Source: a virus
IMG/VR virus record: IMGVR_UViG_3300017973_000002
Coordinates: 1-56,042 of that record
Length of the DNA: 56,042 bases
Reading direction: 5' to 3' (one strand)
This document shows, piece after piece, positions 27,101 through 33,415 of the stretch (position 1 is the first letter of the stretch; every line of letters starts with the position of its first letter). Under the pieces are notes generated by a model. That model was not told the DNA's origin. It was given only the letters and a program-made list of their open reading frames with translations, and did not search any database. The position numbers and the translations under genes were made by a program.

Positions 27101-30100
27101 CCTCTGCTGTACCAAAACGGTCTTCACGTTCTAACATTTTAAGAACGTTAATTGCTTTTATGTTGTTCTCAAAACGTTTTTTTGCATTTGGTTCAAAAAT
27201 ATCCTCTGTAATTACATGGTCTAACGGAACAATTCGCTCATGAGGGATTCCATTATTTGACGGTGACGTGATAGTATCTCCTGCTGATCCATTCGGTTGT
27301 TTTGTCCCTTGATTGGATTCTGTACTAGGCTTGCTGTCATTTGTTCGTTTACTGCCGTCATTAGGTCTTTCTCCGTCTTTTCCAGAAACAGTTTCAGTTG
27401 GTTTGTTTGTTTCAGTTCCTTGTACTGGTTCGGTTGGCGTTCCATTAGGTAGCTTTCCAGTTCCGTTAATGTTGGAAACATTCTTTTCACCCTCTTTATT
27501 TAATCTTTCGAGCGCTTTAGCAATAACTAGTTTTGATGAACGGTCATTAAACATTTGGTCTAAGACTTTCATTTCACCATCACGATTATTTTCCATCGCA
27601 TCATTCATACGGTCTACTACCCAGTCTGTGATATGTCTATTGAATATCATTGACAAGTTATTTACTGAATCATTTGGGTTTTCTTTAACATATGTTTGGA
27701 AGTTAGGAAAGTTTGCTAATTTCTCTGCAAAGTGATTTACACCGTCAGTAAATTTTTCAAGACTTGCTTCTCCGCTTCCCAAATCGGTATTCCCTTTGCC
27801 AGTAACGTCTGCATTTCCTTGTTCATTTCCTTTTGTTTCTGTATCGCTAGGGTTTGGAGTTGATGAAGGCTCATCTCCTTGTACTTCATTGGTTGTGTTC
27901 TCTCTAGGTGTTGGAGAAACATCAGTCCGTACCTCGTTAGCATTGTTTTTCACCTCTTGACCAAGCATTTCTTTTGCTGAATCTAATTCTTGTTGCCTTG
28001 CAAAATTAACTGTATTATAAAAATCCTCTAAATTAAAGAAACCATGCTTTTGAACGAAACTCTGTGCAGATGGAATACCGTATGCTACATCTCTTAATTC
28101 TTGCAATTTCGAACCTTCCATTGCATATTCCATGTTCATGTAATCATTTACATCAGCTACACTAAAGATATGCTTCATTTTCTTTCCATTAATATCTTCA
28201 TTGCGATATGGCATACCTAACAATTCGCCTTTAATTGGGAATATCCATTCTTGCTTAGGTTCTTGCCGTCCGAAACGCTCCATTGGTGTGAATTTAACAG
28301 TTGCAGATTTTTTATTTTCACTGTATGCCATTTCTGGGAATCCACTACCATCAACGCTATCTTCATCTAATTCAGCTTGTTTAAAATCTTCGAATTTATT
28401 ATATCGTTCAGCAGTATCAACAAATGTTTTTAGTTGTGGTTTTTTAAGTGCTTCAACTTTTTCTTTTAAAATTTCAGAAGGAGGAACTACATCGTCCTTA
28501 TTCCAAAATTGCATTGCGCCATGACTTTCCATTCCCGAAACTGTCAATCCTGCGGGTGCTAATACTCTTAACATTTCACCTTCTTTATAATCTGTTTCGA
28601 GTACCCCAGTAACATTACTTATCTTGTTTTTTACAAATGCACCTTTTTTAAATTCAGTTTCATTTTTTGTGACCGTTTCTGACCCTTGACTTTCATTTAC
28701 ACGTCCATTATCTTGCTGTGTAGTTTCATTATAAGTAGGAAGTTTTTTATTAATACGGTCAAGTGCTTTTTGCATACTAATTGTAATGCCATTTGGACGG
28801 TTACGTTCATATGTTACTTTACCAATATGTGCAGACTTACGTTTGAATCTTTGGTCTGTTATTAATCGTTCTAGTTCATGTGGTAAACGGCCATCGAATG
28901 TATAACGAATAATTTTACCATCTTTTTCAAGTTTTCCTTCTTTTGCAAATGGAATTTGAGCGTATCTTTCTGCTTCACTTAGATTTATGTCGTTCATGAT
29001 CTCATTCATACGTGCAGTGTGTTCAGATAACGTATTGATATTGTCATTTATTTGTTTTTCGTCTTGCGCTTTTTTATCTTTCTTAGCTTGTTCTTCTTGA
29101 CGTTTTTCTTCTTCTTTTTGTGCTTGTTCTTCTGCAATTTTACGATTTTCTTCTTCTGTTGCTTGACGTTCTGCTTCTTTCATACGGTTAAAATCTTCCG
29201 CATGTGCAGGGTCTTCCGTTGGTGCATTTTCCCCTAAAATTTGATTACGGATATTGTCAATTTCATGGGTAGTTAAACTCATTTCTTCCCACATTAATTT
29301 CTCTTGAATGTTATTGGTAGACAGATAAGGGTCTTTTTCTAACATATCCTTAACAGCATTATATTCTTCTGAATGGTTCGTTTGAACTTCTTGTCCACCA
29401 TCAATAAAATCTTTTGTCATTTCAATTACATCATGGTTCGTTTCTGTGTAACGGTCTGGATAGTTTTCTACTAATTTTTGTTTCATTTCATCTATGTTCA
29501 TATCAAACATATTGTAAACGTCCCAACCGTGCTGTGTATCTTCTAATACAACAGCTACATGACGATCCATTTTCCGTATCTTATTAACAAGAGATTTTCT
29601 TTCTTTCTTACTTAATGCTTGATAACGGTCATATTCCATTAAATGATGATAAATATGTTCGTCCTCTGGACTAATATCTTCTGCTTTACTGCGTTCTTTT
29701 TCTGCATACGCTTCTTGTCGTTTTTGATTTTCTTCTTCTTGTTTACGTTGTTTTTCTTTTTCAGTTGCTTTATCTTCTTTGTTTTGTTCAACTTGCTTTT
29801 TAAAATTATCTAAATGGGTTTGAAGTCCTTGATTAAACTCGATACCATTCGCTTCTGCAAATGCTTTTAGTTCTTCAAGTTTTTTCATTCGGTGCTGTGG
29901 TGTACGTTTGCCCATTGTGAAAAATTCTTTCTTCATTTCATCAAACTGTGCTTGTGCGCCTTTTTCAGACGTGCGACCAGTTTCGGCTACTTTTCCAGTG
30001 CCTTTTTTATGTTGCCATTCATATAAACGTGATGTTGGAACAACATGTGTACCAATTTTTCCTCCTGCATCAACCGTGATGTAATGTCCACTTGGATCAC

Positions 30101-32927
30101 GTTCGATTACCGTACCTCTTGTTGAATAACCGTCATTTAAAACTTTTGAAGCATTGCGTATTGGTTCTCCTTCTTCATCAAGTGAATCAGTCGTATACGA
30201 TTTCCCTTTAAAATCGTGAATAACTCGCCAACCTACTGTATCCCCTACATGATATGGGTGGTCAATCATTTGTGGTTCGTGGCCGAAACTATCGAAAACT
30301 TGTTTCAATTCTTCATGGTTATCCATTTGTTCAATTGGAATACTGTAAGTTTGATGATTATTTGAATTATGGTCATGCACATGAACTGATTTTTGCGCTT
30401 CAAATGGTCTTGTAGGGTCAATATGAAAATCCTTATCTACCTTAAATGGTATGCCATTTTTTGAAACTATTTGACCTTTAATAAAGAACGGTGAATCTAC
30501 TGTTGGTTCATTTACTGGTTGTTGCTCTTGAACTGGTTGATGAACTTCTTGTACTGGCACATCATGGATTGGTGCATTTGCTAATACTTCTGCATGGTTC
30601 AATTGTTCACCAAAATAAGCATTGTTAATTCGGTTTACGTCACGGTTTGTACGTGCTGTGTCCATTTCGTTTATATAATCATGTTGGTCTTGTGGTGATA
30701 ACTGTGAAAAGAATGGATACAGTGCATCTTCTGTATGGTGAAGTGGATCATCATTTAATTCTGGTTTCATAAATTTTTGAACTAAATCACTTGCACCTTC
30801 TACATGATTAACGTTATTTGGATTACGAAGAATCGCATGTGTTGGAATTTCTTGTGTTGCACCAGTTTTTGTATTTTTAACTGTTGTTTTATCAAGGTTC
30901 GGACTATATCCCATTACTTCTAACTGATTTTTACCAGTCGTTACGGTACTTCCAACTGGAATCAATTGGTCAAGAATGTTCTGTTTATCGTAATGGAATG
31001 GGTCGCTATGATGTGGTTGAACTTGTTCTTGAACTGGTTCTTCATTTGGAATATGGAATCCCATTTCGCCTACTTGCCCATTATCAATTACCGGACTTTG
31101 AACTGGATTATCAAGTACCGTTGCTTCTGGTAGAGAAGCCTGTGGGTGTTCAACTTGTGAACGACCAATTTGGAATTCTGTTCCTAGTGCATTTTGAACA
31201 ACTAACATAGAAGGGTCTTTTGAATCGACTACTGTTAGTGGAATCCCTTTATCTTTCCAGATAACTGTATCGCCATTCTCTACGATTGTACCGACTGGTT
31301 TTCGTGTTGAGTATTGTTGTTCCTCTGCTTTTTGATTCATTTCTTCTTTAATTTTTAAGTCATTAATATAATCATGCGTTGCATTTGTGATAACGTCCTC
31401 GCCACCATTTTGAACTAAGTCCTCGTAAGCGAAGTCATGCGCTTGTTCTTCTGTCATGCCTTGATTTAAACCGTGTTGTTTTGCGGTATCGAAACGTCTT
31501 TTTTGTTCATCTGATAAATTACTTTGTACTTTTTCATCAACATGGGTTAATATGTCATGCGCTGTATGAACACCAGTCGTAGCACCACCCATTAATGCAC
31601 CAAGCATACCTGCTTCAATGGTTGATGGGTCAGTCCATGAGAACGGATCACCTAACGCATTAGCTGAAATTCTATTTTGGTTTGCTTCTTGTATACCTTC
31701 GGTAGCTGAACCACCTGCTGTTTTTAAAGTAACTGCGCCAACCTTACCAACTTTATCAAAGATTTTACTCGTTATAGGAAGATGACCAAAACCAAGTTGC
31801 CCTGCATCGAGTAACGTATTTGTTATCAGATTGTCACGGAAGTCTTTTCCATATGCTTCTGTTGGATTAAGTCCACGTTGTTCTGCTTGGTTATAAACAC
31901 TTCCTGCTTCTTGCATAGAATCTTCCGTGGCCATTACTAAACCACTCGCAAGATGATTAGTAAGAATCCCTGCAAGACCTTGTAGTTTATTAATTTTTGA
32001 TAATCCCCCAAGTAATGCTGAACCAGTCGCATAACTAAGCGCAACGTTTGGTACGATTTCACCACCACGGTCAATTAAGTAATCTGGGTTCATTAAGTCT
32101 TTCATTTGGAACTGGTGATTATTAAATTTATCCAGTCCTTGAAAGCCTTTCATATTGTCATACGCATAGTCAGTGACACTTTTACCCATATCGTGAACTG
32201 TTTGGCTACCCATTTTATCTCCGAGGTATTTAAGTGTACCACCAATACCATCGCCTAGCATTTGGTCTGTTCCTCGTGTCCAACTTGCACCTAAACGTTC
32301 AATTGGACTTCGGTTTTCGGCTTTATCTGGTATAAGAATACCTCTTGCAAGGTCATATCCTGTTTTTAGATAACTTAGTGGGGTTTGTGGCAAGATGTCA
32401 TTCGCCACTGAACCAACTGATTTCACACCAGAATATATTTCAGAACCGACTGATTTCCCAATATCCCCTAATGCTTTCATGTAGCCCCCAACTTCATCTG
32501 TAAGGGTTGCATACGGCTTGTAGCCTTGTTGATAGCTAGATGGGTCACTTGGGACATTGGTATTCCCACTTTTGCTAGATGGTTCATCAAACAATTGGCG
32601 CATTTTATTTTCATAATGCTGTTGTTGTAAATCTTTTGCTTGTTGTTGGTATTGCTGTTGTTCTTTAATTCGTTGCCCTGCTTCATAAACATCATTGGCG
32701 TTTTGTCTTGCTTGTTCATGCGCTTGATTTTCAGCTTGAATTTGCGCTTCTTTCACTCGTTGCCCTGCTTCATAAACGTCATTGCTGTTTTGCCGTGCTT
32801 GTTCATGTGCTTTACTTTCATCTACAAGATCAGAAAACGGCATTTTAATGTTGTCTAAATTAATGTTATCCAAACTGCTTCGTTGTTCTTGGAGTTTCTT
32901 TTTCCAATAATCACTGTATTTTCCCAT
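18159..32927 (-). CDS. Giant 4,922-aa multidomain ('polyvalent', DarB-like) virion/ejection protein. Contains an N6-adenine MTase, an SNF2/DEAH helicase, an HExxH metallopeptidase and a C-terminal hydrophobic module.
   Basis: Single uninterrupted ORF. ATG behind GAAAGGAAGTGG. Motifs listed as separate features. Location in the late structural block after the SLT protein. Confidence 0.9.
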   Translation of the reverse strand: MGKYSDYWKKKLQEQRSSLDNINLDNIKMPFSDLVDESKAHEQARQNSNDVYEAGQRVKEAQIQAENQAHEQARQNANDVYEAGQRIKEQQQYQQQAKDLQQQHYENKMRQLFDEPSSKSGNTNVPSDPSSYQQGYKPYATLTDEVGGYMKALGDIGKSVGSEIYSGVKSVGSVANDILPQTPLSYLKTGYDLARGILIPDKAENRSPIERLGASWTRGTDQMLGDGIGGTLKYLGDKMGSQTVHDMGKSVTDYAYDNMKGFQGLDKFNNHQFQMKDLMNPDYLIDRGGEIVPNVALSYATGSALLGGLSKINKLQGLAGILTNHLASGLVMATEDSMQEAGSVYNQAEQRGLNPTEAYGKDFRDNLITNTLLDAGQLGFGHLPITSKIFDKVGKVGAVTLKTAGGSATEGIQEANQNRISANALGDPFSWTDPSTIEAGMLGALMGGATTGVHTAHDILTHVDEKVQSNLSDEQKRRFDTAKQHGLNQGMTEEQAHDFAYEDLVQNGGEDVITNATHDYINDLKIKEEMNQKAEEQQYSTRKPVGTIVENGDTVIWKDKGIPLTVVDSKDPSMLVVQNALGTEFQIGRSQVEHPQASLPEATVLDNPVQSPVIDNGQVGEMGFHIPNEEPVQEQVQPHHSDPFHYDKQNILDQLIPVGSTVTTGKNQLEVMGYSPNLDKTTVKNTKTGATQEIPTHAILRNPNNVNHVEGASDLVQKFMKPELNDDPLHHTEDALYPFFSQLSPQDQHDYINEMDTARTNRDVNRINNAYFGEQLNHAEVLANAPIHDVPVQEVHQPVQEQQPVNEPTVDSPFFIKGQIVSKNGIPFKVDKDFHIDPTRPFEAQKSVHVHDHNSNNHQTYSIPIEQMDNHEELKQVFDSFGHEPQMIDHPYHVGDTVGWRVIHDFKGKSYTTDSLDEEGEPIRNASKVLNDGYSTRGTVIERDPSGHYITVDAGGKIGTHVVPTSRLYEWQHKKGTGKVAETGRTSEKGAQAQFDEMKKEFFTMGKRTPQHRMKKLEELKAFAEANGIEFNQGLQTHLDNFKKQVEQNKEDKATEKEKQRKQEEENQKRQEAYAEKERSKAEDISPEDEHIYHHLMEYDRYQALSKKERKSLVNKIRKMDRHVAVVLEDTQHGWDVYNMFDMNIDEMKQKLVENYPDRYTETNHDVIEMTKDFIDGGQEVQTNHSEEYNAVKDMLEKDPYLSTNNIQEKLMWEEMSLTTHEIDNIRNQILGENAPTEDPAHAEDFNRMKEAERQATEEENRKIAEEQAQKEEEKRQEEQAKKDKKAQDEKQINDNINTLSEHTARMNEIMNDINLSEAERYAQIPFAKEGKLEKDGKIIRYTFDGRLPHELERLITDQRFKRKSAHIGKVTYERNRPNGITISMQKALDRINKKLPTYNETTQQDNGRVNESQGSETVTKNETEFKKGAFVKNKISNVTGVLETDYKEGEMLRVLAPAGLTVSGMESHGAMQFWNKDDVVPPSEILKEKVEALKKPQLKTFVDTAERYNKFEDFKQAELDEDSVDGSGFPEMAYSENKKSATVKFTPMERFGRQEPKQEWIFPIKGELLGMPYRNEDINGKKMKHIFSVADVNDYMNMEYAMEGSKLQELRDVAYGIPSAQSFVQKHGFFNLEDFYNTVNFARQQELDSAKEMLGQEVKNNANEVRTDVSPTPRENTTNEVQGDEPSSTPNPSDTETKGNEQGNADVTGKGNTDLGSGEASLEKFTDGVNHFAEKLANFPNFQTYVKENPNDSVNNLSMIFNRHITDWVVDRMNDAMENNRDGEMKVLDQMFNDRSSKLVIAKALERLNKEGEKNVSNINGTGKLPNGTPTEPVQGTETNKPTETVSGKDGERPNDGSKRTNDSKPSTESNQGTKQPNGSAGDTITSPSNNGIPHERIVPLDHVITEDIFEPNAKKRFENNIKAINVLKMLEREDRFGTAEELDTLAKYQGWGGLPEYFDRSKPQYAELQSHVESGLITQQEWEGMRDTVLTSFYTSHEIASQMYDVLLGAGFDGGKILESSVGNGMFVGAFPVDEVKGKHKFTTVELNDLSHRITKALYPNQTHHHMGFQNFSATEGSFDVVIGNVPFVDKKVNDLTYTDKTKGQKKDEEGNRLPKGKLDHNGVLMTYATHNVHDYFLVKNLDLLKEGGIGLLITSTSSLDGKEWQSQQVRGYIEANTDFFEAIRLPQGAFKHAGTNVATDILFFRKKVQGSNHTSSRIAENVSYDGRSRSKLNEYFIANPEQLAGGMKEGTRYHDELVFTNDGFEEKFKKAFETIKKIFENRFIHGNAVSDVPVKVNNAVSEDWAKETIGQHEGAIHERGGVFFQYTYGQWIPYKVAKEHVPVLRDSLKVRQSYLDLMAKEENKAIPSEDMVKEREALNKMYDDFVKTHGEMNKQGVLTPFEKDVHTVAMLRSLEKRDGKKWAKVDLFKARQTFPDVVMDTKGNVKEALNLSLVHRGELDLQLVSDLLGKSKDDTIAELEKDGHIYYDPQEKAYVTDDEYLSGNIAKKLAVAKANGLNRNIAELEKVLPSQLTMEQIADDIRFGQGWIPKEVYKRFIEKTLGLSNVTVTHNFDTATWGLKSTTGRSHHNNETFAISHKYAKYGKTGIQVIEDLMNMKSSKPPLDVENTPMREQDKAREEILNISNRVVEQLQNELKQFVIGEPDVNENLTKLYNDSFTSVVPRTYDGERMYGTDENPVEIPNLNPVYKLYKHQKDAVMRILRSANTLLAHVVGAGKSLEMQVSIMEGRRLGIIKKPMMVVPTFMMEQHAREFQHSYPNAKIKVIGTGKTEKDIAGITITRNAKWSDEQYEMEVEKNRALRFRSLADVKYGDYDVVIMSYESFKRLGLNPENEQEFLHSEISKLRSFLESVQSEDGKSPTVKEIQKVIEKHEAKIETLMQKDKKDLGISFEELGVDALFVDEAHSYKNLQYHTKLGSIGGLPNSNSQQAFDMYMKTSYMNKNNGKVVFATGTPIANSMAEMFTTLRYLAPNELKQLGMEHFDGWAQMFGSTVNSVELNTAGKFVEKTRFSKFTSVAELMRIFKSIADIKMADDIPYLKRPNADRITITTPMNEKQRTYLEIIVKRAEVVANGIDDPSKDNPLKLTGEGKQLALDYRLFDGTAESDPRSKLNEIANGVVDEYKRTTKDNVGVDGEGKEFKFDNGTQIVFMDIGVPKASDKVKEDDEGNNDSAFDKSMYQNLKDRLVELGIDENHIAFIHDYNKPDQKKKLSQLFNDGQIRILIGSTGKMGVGMNLQKRLTMLHHADPTWRPADIEQREGRIIRQGNFNPNVAIKTYVTEGSFDALMWNTLESKAKFIAQVMSGGTEIRSMDEIAEQIMSFSEIKASATGNTSMIELMKIEKEIRRLVDLQREFTKQKGKAIKLIAEYPEKKASLEETLAFDKKLEAKAKSTRGDDFHLVMDGKTFTDRKEGTEALREKVLDIRKKERKQNYQEVLGQLGGVDVVMYGRKSAYQSLGLDESLIIGEIAKDGTVNGYNRTQASDIIASEGRGTMARLENTVETLAKKGYSPYTEKQLAELEVAKKESEKKATENFTEGDKLRELENNVISLRQEALQHELTNNFDTVFRADGKLYTVTGIDYRAVPSKNKQKLKEDKPDYKTDVVVSEITDITKSSDPDLFGAGNETEHEIYTTGNSEQMPVTEFIRNYQRTDRKGITEGEATKRKHNAESIRQQEAEQRTKAEGENNTAKNLKAGKKDRIKNLLDTSLDGGTTNVISPKVAKKIGDRIANALDTVLREGYVRGGSQVRAMYDTHRKTGNVRGVEVHNLRVTAHELGHAFVNNVGFDVFKSLEKELTHVANEVYPDLTGLNPVEVAEEGLAELFQMYFIDNEGAKQLAPQSVSFIDTFIEGNKELKSAFDDAKEWATKDTEGDSFTRGSGTVKFPKDDKISKGIGEEYKVGKVDKHAPIRKKLTGTVKGFVARRVFDLVDFTIPFQDMEKANGDIKDFQLVKRVVLAGEGRDKAINSFTGWAKDNSGRNIIQYDNFSELPDHLHDLYLAIEREDKTVVPPSTLKRYENFYKEYKKDSSITNPKELANLHAISSRSLQEVAMDGLEKINLTLKGKALDGMRSPAIQQALDTILGKENDMSAFETLSVIMQAYRYNERYSRLNQDGEQKFEVNPMSENLTKKIIEDSRQLFPFLENIVKEYTENLSNIVLEKALQGTVIDEITKEKVKQGSSFYIPTYYASKREGLNGQDGQRKSARQTVKTYTGKQAIVLDFLTASMYKLVETETSAEFKGVLNSLENALRTEGMGQFGEIIPSQSYVARISAGQIDEAVATILNQDLGINPDDVEGSLSGHVFQIFMKRDQLSSKEPILMNWKYDSKGKRIPVFMRVAPDIYNALASMQPLTVGAYLRIVSRLSGFTRLTNIATAKFITDSLVRDTMGTAMQTNSGRGAIYSLFKGTALALGMDKNTTEQYINSGGMSASTESVLRNFRKANKMEDLLPTGDPTLFKLKNNKLFKVFNPSAYLHKGESIHRMGQWFAMIQKLAEEEGLSFNDIMDGRKKLSAEDRKKVEKIFISAGHEANIITTNFRLHGVNQGFRKVTMPVSFAHGSIQGMYRESTEFKTNPKRVLGRMAMKILPITLMMYFLAKALDRDDKYDDIPSYFRDRYWLMPTGFGYIAIAKPFMYALPMAYVERFLDSQFGSEEARKIGEDWFNPIDQAFSMPVVPIWISTMLELNSNKTYFGSPIVPDYLQKKPTLEQYDENTSSFSKWQAKAYFDYVNKGKSPEDMKYFGGISPMKMDYFIKGFFGKYGAGALELFMGKPQKDTPVVGNMFYTNDEFGSRNTTKFYDKAHEVVEGAKDRYGVKYHPNEIVKSYEGMRSTMTTIGAMKRDVSNANISPQEKKDYLSKLEKARMDIARIGNKYKPHDENNLNEVWNWVQQYNAQKKEQEKQLRKK
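18822..19148 (-). other. Three hydrophobic, transmembrane-like segments near the C-terminus of the giant ORF
   Basis: MAMKILPITLMMYFLAKAL (from aa 4594), YWLMPTGFGYIAIAKPFMYALPMAYV (from aa 4634), FSMPVVPIWISTMLEL (from aa 4687). Confidence 0.55.
21537..21551 (-). other. HExxH zinc-metallopeptidase motif within the giant ORF
   Basis: VTAHELGHAFVNN, with HELGH at aa 3793-3797. Confidence 0.6.
23067..24722 (-). other. SNF2/DEAH-box helicase core within the giant ORF
   Basis: Walker A GAGKS (aa 2736-2740, nt 24708..24722). DEAH (aa 2923-2926, nt 24150..24161). Motif VI QREGRIIRQGN (aa 3277-3287, nt 23067..23099). Confidence 0.85.
26658..26873 (-). other. N6-adenine DNA methyltransferase catalytic core within the giant ORF (motif I to motif IV)
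   Basis: Motif I ILESSVGNGMFVG (aa 2019-2031, nt 26835..26873). Motif IV NVPF, a (D/N)PP(Y/F) variant (aa 2087-2090, nt 26658..26669). Confidence 0.75.
32658..32810 (-). repeat. 87-bp (29-aa) tandem duplication at the N-terminus of the giant protein
   Basis: AHEQARQNSNDVYEAGQRVKE... / AHEQARQNANDVYEAGQRIKE... . CGTTGCCCTGCTTCATAAAC recurs at 32671 and 32758. Confidence 0.85.
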
Positions 32928-32989
32928 GTTCCACTTCCTTTCTGCTCACTAGAGCATACGAAAAAAGAGTAGGGATAACCCCCACTCTC

Positions 32990-33415
32990 TTAGTACCATT
33001 TATTTTTATCCCAGAACGCTAAGGCTTTCTCAACTGAACCGTATCGTTCGGTTGCGTATTTATATGCTAAAACAATTTGGTCTACTGGATCGTTGTAATT
33101 TAAGTTAGGATACTTTTTCGCATAAGTTTTTACTGTGCCGTTTAGGAACTGAGCATATCCATGAGCCGTACTGCTTGGATTCTTCGAATTGGCATTTAAG
33201 CCACTTTCCCTAGCAATTAACTCTGTTAGGTTTTGTGCTTCGGAAGATGGCACACCTTTATTAACAGCTTGTGATAAATGACCATTGAACGTTTGTAAGT
33301 TCTTGCTGTTACTAAATTGCGGTGTTTTCCAGTAATTATTATACGTTCCAGTATTATTCGTTATCATCTCACCCTTTACTTGTGTATTTGGTGCTACTTT
33401 CCCCCAGTGTTCCAC
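32990..33415 (-). CDS. Lytic transglycosylase (SLT domain) virion-associated lysin
   Basis: ARESGLNANSKNPSSTAHGYAQF (catalytic E-S and GYxQ motifs). Start uncertain (GTG 33415 or ATG 33367). Confidence 0.8.
   Translation of the reverse strand: MEHWGKVAPNTQVKGEMITNNTGTYNNYWKTPQFSNSKNLQTFNGHLSQAVNKGVPSSEAQNLTELIARESGLNANSKNPSSTAHGYAQFLNGTVKTYAKKYPNLNYNDPVDQIVLAYKYATERYGSVEKALAFWDKNKWY

Noticed and set aside
19591-31210. Numerous plus-strand ORFs of 60-154 aa inside the giant gene (for example 21076..21540, 23996..24394, 27313..27735, 28201..28524, 30884..31210)
   Set aside because: All lie antisense to a long, motif-supported CDS. They lack RBSs and have low-complexity, Ser/Leu/Phe-rich shadow-frame composition.
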